Below are positions 46,521 through 48,799 of a stretch of 48,799 nucleotides of DNA, in pieces. The DNA is taken from the NCBI GenBank assembly GCA_035637835.1, contig DASPWN010000310.1:1-48799 (forward strand), read 5' to 3'. The first letter of the stretch is position 1, and the number at the start of each line of letters is the position of its first letter. Made by a program: the position numbers and the translations under genes. The DNA is from Actinomycetota bacterium (GTDB lineage Bacteria; Actinomycetota; UBA4738; HRBIN12). The notes beneath the pieces are model-generated. The model worked only from the letters and a program-made list of their open reading frames with translations. It searched no databases and was not told the origin of the DNA.

Positions 46521-48292
46521 CGCTCACCCCGTTCGTAGGCGTGGATCATGTTGGCGTAGCCAGGCTGCGCGCGCATCAGCTCCTCGTGCGTGCCGCTCGC
46601 ACGCAGCCTGCCACCCTCGAGATAGAGGATTCTGTCCGCCAGGCGGATCGTCGACACGCGATACGCGACGAGGATCAACGTGGTCGTGAGGTCCGCGCGA
46701 AGGCCGGCCAGGATGTCCGCTTCGATCGTCGGGTCGACCGAGCTGGTCGCATCGTCGAGGATCAACACGCGGGGCGTCCGGACGAGGGCTCGCGCCAGCG
46801 CCACGCGCTGGCGCTCACCCCCCGAAAGCGTGTGTCCTCGCTCCCCGAGGACGGTGTCGTAGCCGTTCGGCAGCGCCTCGACGAAGCGGTCGGCCTGCGC
46901 GATGCGCGCCGCCCGCCGGATCTCGTCGGACGAGGCACCCGATCCGAGGGCGATGTTCTCGGCGACCGTCGTCGCGAACAGGAAGCTCTCCTGGAAGACG
47001 ATCGCGGCGGCGTCCCGAAGCGACGCGGGGTCGGCGTGGCGGACGTTCACGCCGCCGATCAGGATCTCACCCGAGGTCGGGTCGTCCAGCCGGACGAGCA
47101 GCTGCGCCAAGGTCGACTTGCCGACACCCGTCGGCCCGATAATCGCGACCGATTCGTCGGGCTCGATGCGCAGGTCGATCTCGTCGAGGATCCGGACACC
47201 GTCGAGGGTGTACGTTAGGGCGTCCGCGCGAACATCGAGCGGGCCGTGCGGCAGGACCACCGGCGCCGATGGGCGCGTCACCGTGACGGGCTCACCGAGC
47301 ACCTCGTTGACTCGGCCGTGGCCAACGACCGCTCTCGGCAGCTCGGCCAGGATCCAGCCGACGAACCGCATCGGCCACGAGAGCATCCCGAACAGCGCGA
47401 CGACCTGAACCAGCGTCCCCAGCGTGATGTCACCGGTCGAGAGGCGCCACGAGCCGATCGCGAGAAGCGCGATCACAGCGAGCTGCGGCAACGCCTCGAG
47501 CGCGGAATCGAACCCCGCCCGGATGTACCCCGCGGTCACGCGCTCGTCGCGCAGCTGCTCGGCACGCTCCCGTAGGCGCGCCACCTCCGCGTGCTCGCGC
47601 CCAAGTGTCTTGACGACGAGGGCACCGTCGATCGACTCATGCGCGACCGACGAGACGTCGCCGATCCGTTCCTGTGCGCGGCGCGCCGGACCCTCCATCC
47701 GCTTGGCGAACGAGCGATTCATGAGGGCGAGCACCGGGACAGTCAGCAACCCGATGAGCGCGAGGAACACGTCGGCGACGAACAGCGACACGAGCGCAAA
47801 CACGACGAGAAACACCACGCCGATCGCGAACGGGATCGGGTACAGCACCTCGATCGTCGCCTCGACGTCCGCCTCCATGTGGGCCAGCAGCTCCCCGGTC
47901 GGCGTTTGGCGGTGGTAGGCGAGCGACAGGTCTCGGTAATGGTCGGAGACGCGGTCGCGGAGCGTGGCTGCGACCGCTGAGCCGAGCACGCCGCTGTAGT
48001 AACGGCGGAGCCCGATCCCCACGGCTCGCACGAGCGACAACGCGAAGACCGCGCCGACGCCGATCCAGAGCGCAGACTGAGCCACACCCCGGCCGAACGC
48101 CGGCTTCAGGATGCGGTCGGTCGCGCGGCCGAGGGCGACCGTCACCGCCACGGTCCCCAAGGCGAACAACAGCGCGCCGAGGACGGACATGAGGAACGGG
48201 CGCGGGTGCATCCGCACGTGGGATACGATCTGGCCGAGCCCACGCCGGAACAGCCCCCGGGAGCCGATGCCTTCCTCAGTCGCGACGTCCAT
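46517..48292 (-). CDS. ABC exporter, fused permease/ATPase subunit (first gene of pair)
   Basis: Six TM helices, Walker A GPTGVGKST, signature LSGGERQ and Walker B VLILDDATS. Confidence 0.9.
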   Translation of the reverse strand: MDVATEEGIGSRGLFRRGLGQIVSHVRMHPRPFLMSVLGALLFALGTVAVTVALGRATDRILKPAFGRGVAQSALWIGVGAVFALSLVRAVGIGLRRYYSGVLGSAVAATLRDRVSDHYRDLSLAYHRQTPTGELLAHMEADVEATIEVLYPIPFAIGVVFLVVFALVSLFVADVFLALIGLLTVPVLALMNRSFAKRMEGPARRAQERIGDVSSVAHESIDGALVVKTLGREHAEVARLRERAEQLRDERVTAGYIRAGFDSALEALPQLAVIALLAIGSWRLSTGDITLGTLVQVVALFGMLSWPMRFVGWILAELPRAVVGHGRVNEVLGEPVTVTRPSAPVVLPHGPLDVRADALTYTLDGVRILDEIDLRIEPDESVAIIGPTGVGKSTLAQLLVRLDDPTSGEILIGGVNVRHADPASLRDAAAIVFQESFLFATTVAENIALGSGASSDEIRRAARIAQADRFVEALPNGYDTVLGERGHTLSGGERQRVALARALVRTPRVLILDDATSSVDPTIEADILAGLRADLTTTLILVAYRVSTIRLADRILYLEGGRLRASGTHEELMRAQPGYANMIHAYERGER

Positions 48293-48569
48293 GGGTCCCT
48301 ATGATGCGCGACCGGCGCCCGCCCGACCCTCAAGGGTGTTCGGCCGGAGCTCGAGGGGACGCTCCAGGGCCCGCGAGCGCGCCGGCTGGGTGCCGCTGAC
48401 CGTCTCCGGGCGCGGCGCGAGACCGGGCGCCCGATCGGAGACGTCGGGCTCAGTCTGGTGGAGGGGGAACTCTACTTCCGGCCCGGATGTGCCGTAGGGT
48501 CGGCAACCCGGGCCGGGATCCAACCGCTCTTAGGCCCCTAACGATGTCGCCCGTGACGGGTCAGCAGGA

Positions 48570-48799
48570 TCAGGTCACGACGATCTTGCCGTGCATCAAC
48601 GTGGGATGGATCGTGCAGTGGTACTTGAACGTTCCTGCCTTCCTGAACACGTGGCCGAAGGCGGCACCGGGAGCGAGCGCGCCCGAGTCCCACAAGCCCT
48701 TGTTCGACGTCGTGGTGTGGCTGACACTCCCGCCGTTTGTCCACTTGACCTTCGTGCCCTTCGAGATCGTGATCGTCTTGGGCTTGAAGGCGAAGTTGA
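48570..48799 (-). CDS. cupredoxin (plastocyanin/amicyanin-like) protein, 5'-truncated by the window edge
   Basis: Not in the ORF track because there is no start in the window. My translation of the minus strand is ..NFAFKPKTITISKGTKVKWTNGGSVSHTTTSNKGLWDSGALAPGAAFGHVFRKAGTFKYHCTIHPTLMHGKIVVT*, with type-1 copper ligands H...C..H....M. Confidence 0.75.
   Translation of the reverse strand, partial: NFAFKPKTITISKGTKVKWTNGGSVSHTTTSNKGLWDSGALAPGAAFGHVFRKAGTFKYHCTIHPTLMHGKIVVT

Noticed and set aside
48299-48523. A 74-aa minus-strand ORF between the ABC operon and the cupredoxin gene.
   Set aside because: Pro/Gly/Arg-rich with no motifs. It most likely falls in the promoter and 5' region of the ABC operon.

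Overview
This is a high-G+C chromosomal segment. Hand-counted 60-nt samples gave about 63-70 % G+C. The gene order matches the conserved actinobacterial core block: DUF503-rbfA-nrnA-truB ... ribF-rpsO-pnp-M16 peptidase-dapB ... dapA-rnj-ftsK ... cinA-thpR-recA-recX-rny-miaB-miaA-dapF-dapL-hflX ... lexA / LysM(ChiZ-like)-nrdR-nrdJ-dut-tRNA-Gly(GCC). I call 47 protein genes and one tRNA. One gene is 5'-truncated at the right edge and is missing from the ORF track. Most of the very long ORFs in the six-frame track are off-frame or antisense shadows, as expected for high-GC DNA. Many track ORFs also begin upstream of the real start, so I re-picked starts from family N-termini, Shine-Dalgarno (SD) sequences and stop/start overlaps (GTGA, TGATG, ATGACTGA). 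Several regulatory sites are readable by eye. There are LexA/Cheo boxes at recA and in the lexA-LysM spacer. Two copies of a RecA-NDp-like promoter motif (TGTCAGAC-N8-TAnnnT) precede recA and the LysM gene. Two tandem pairs of NrdR boxes lie upstream of nrdR and of nrdJ. A sigma-A-type promoter, a ~190-nt leader and a very strong intrinsic terminator sit directly upstream of the rny ribosome-binding site. Non-core content falls into three parts. (i) An envelope/lipid cluster lies between truB and ribF (2466-7539) and includes a fusion of a degenerate PAP2 domain with a kinase domain. (ii) A mixed set of genes occupies 13532-17706. (iii) A lower-GC islet next to tRNA-Gly (about 41.5-43.9 kb) carries an M50 site-2 protease with an apparent frameshift, a zinc-ribbon/TM/coiled-coil protein and a membrane-anchored S1 protease. 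I rate this islet the best candidate for an undescribed module. After it come a CDGSH protein, a heterodimeric ABC exporter and a cupredoxin fragment. I saw no CRISPR array, transposase, integrase or recognisable known defence system. All functional calls rest on motif-level reading of the translations. No database search or folding program was run.
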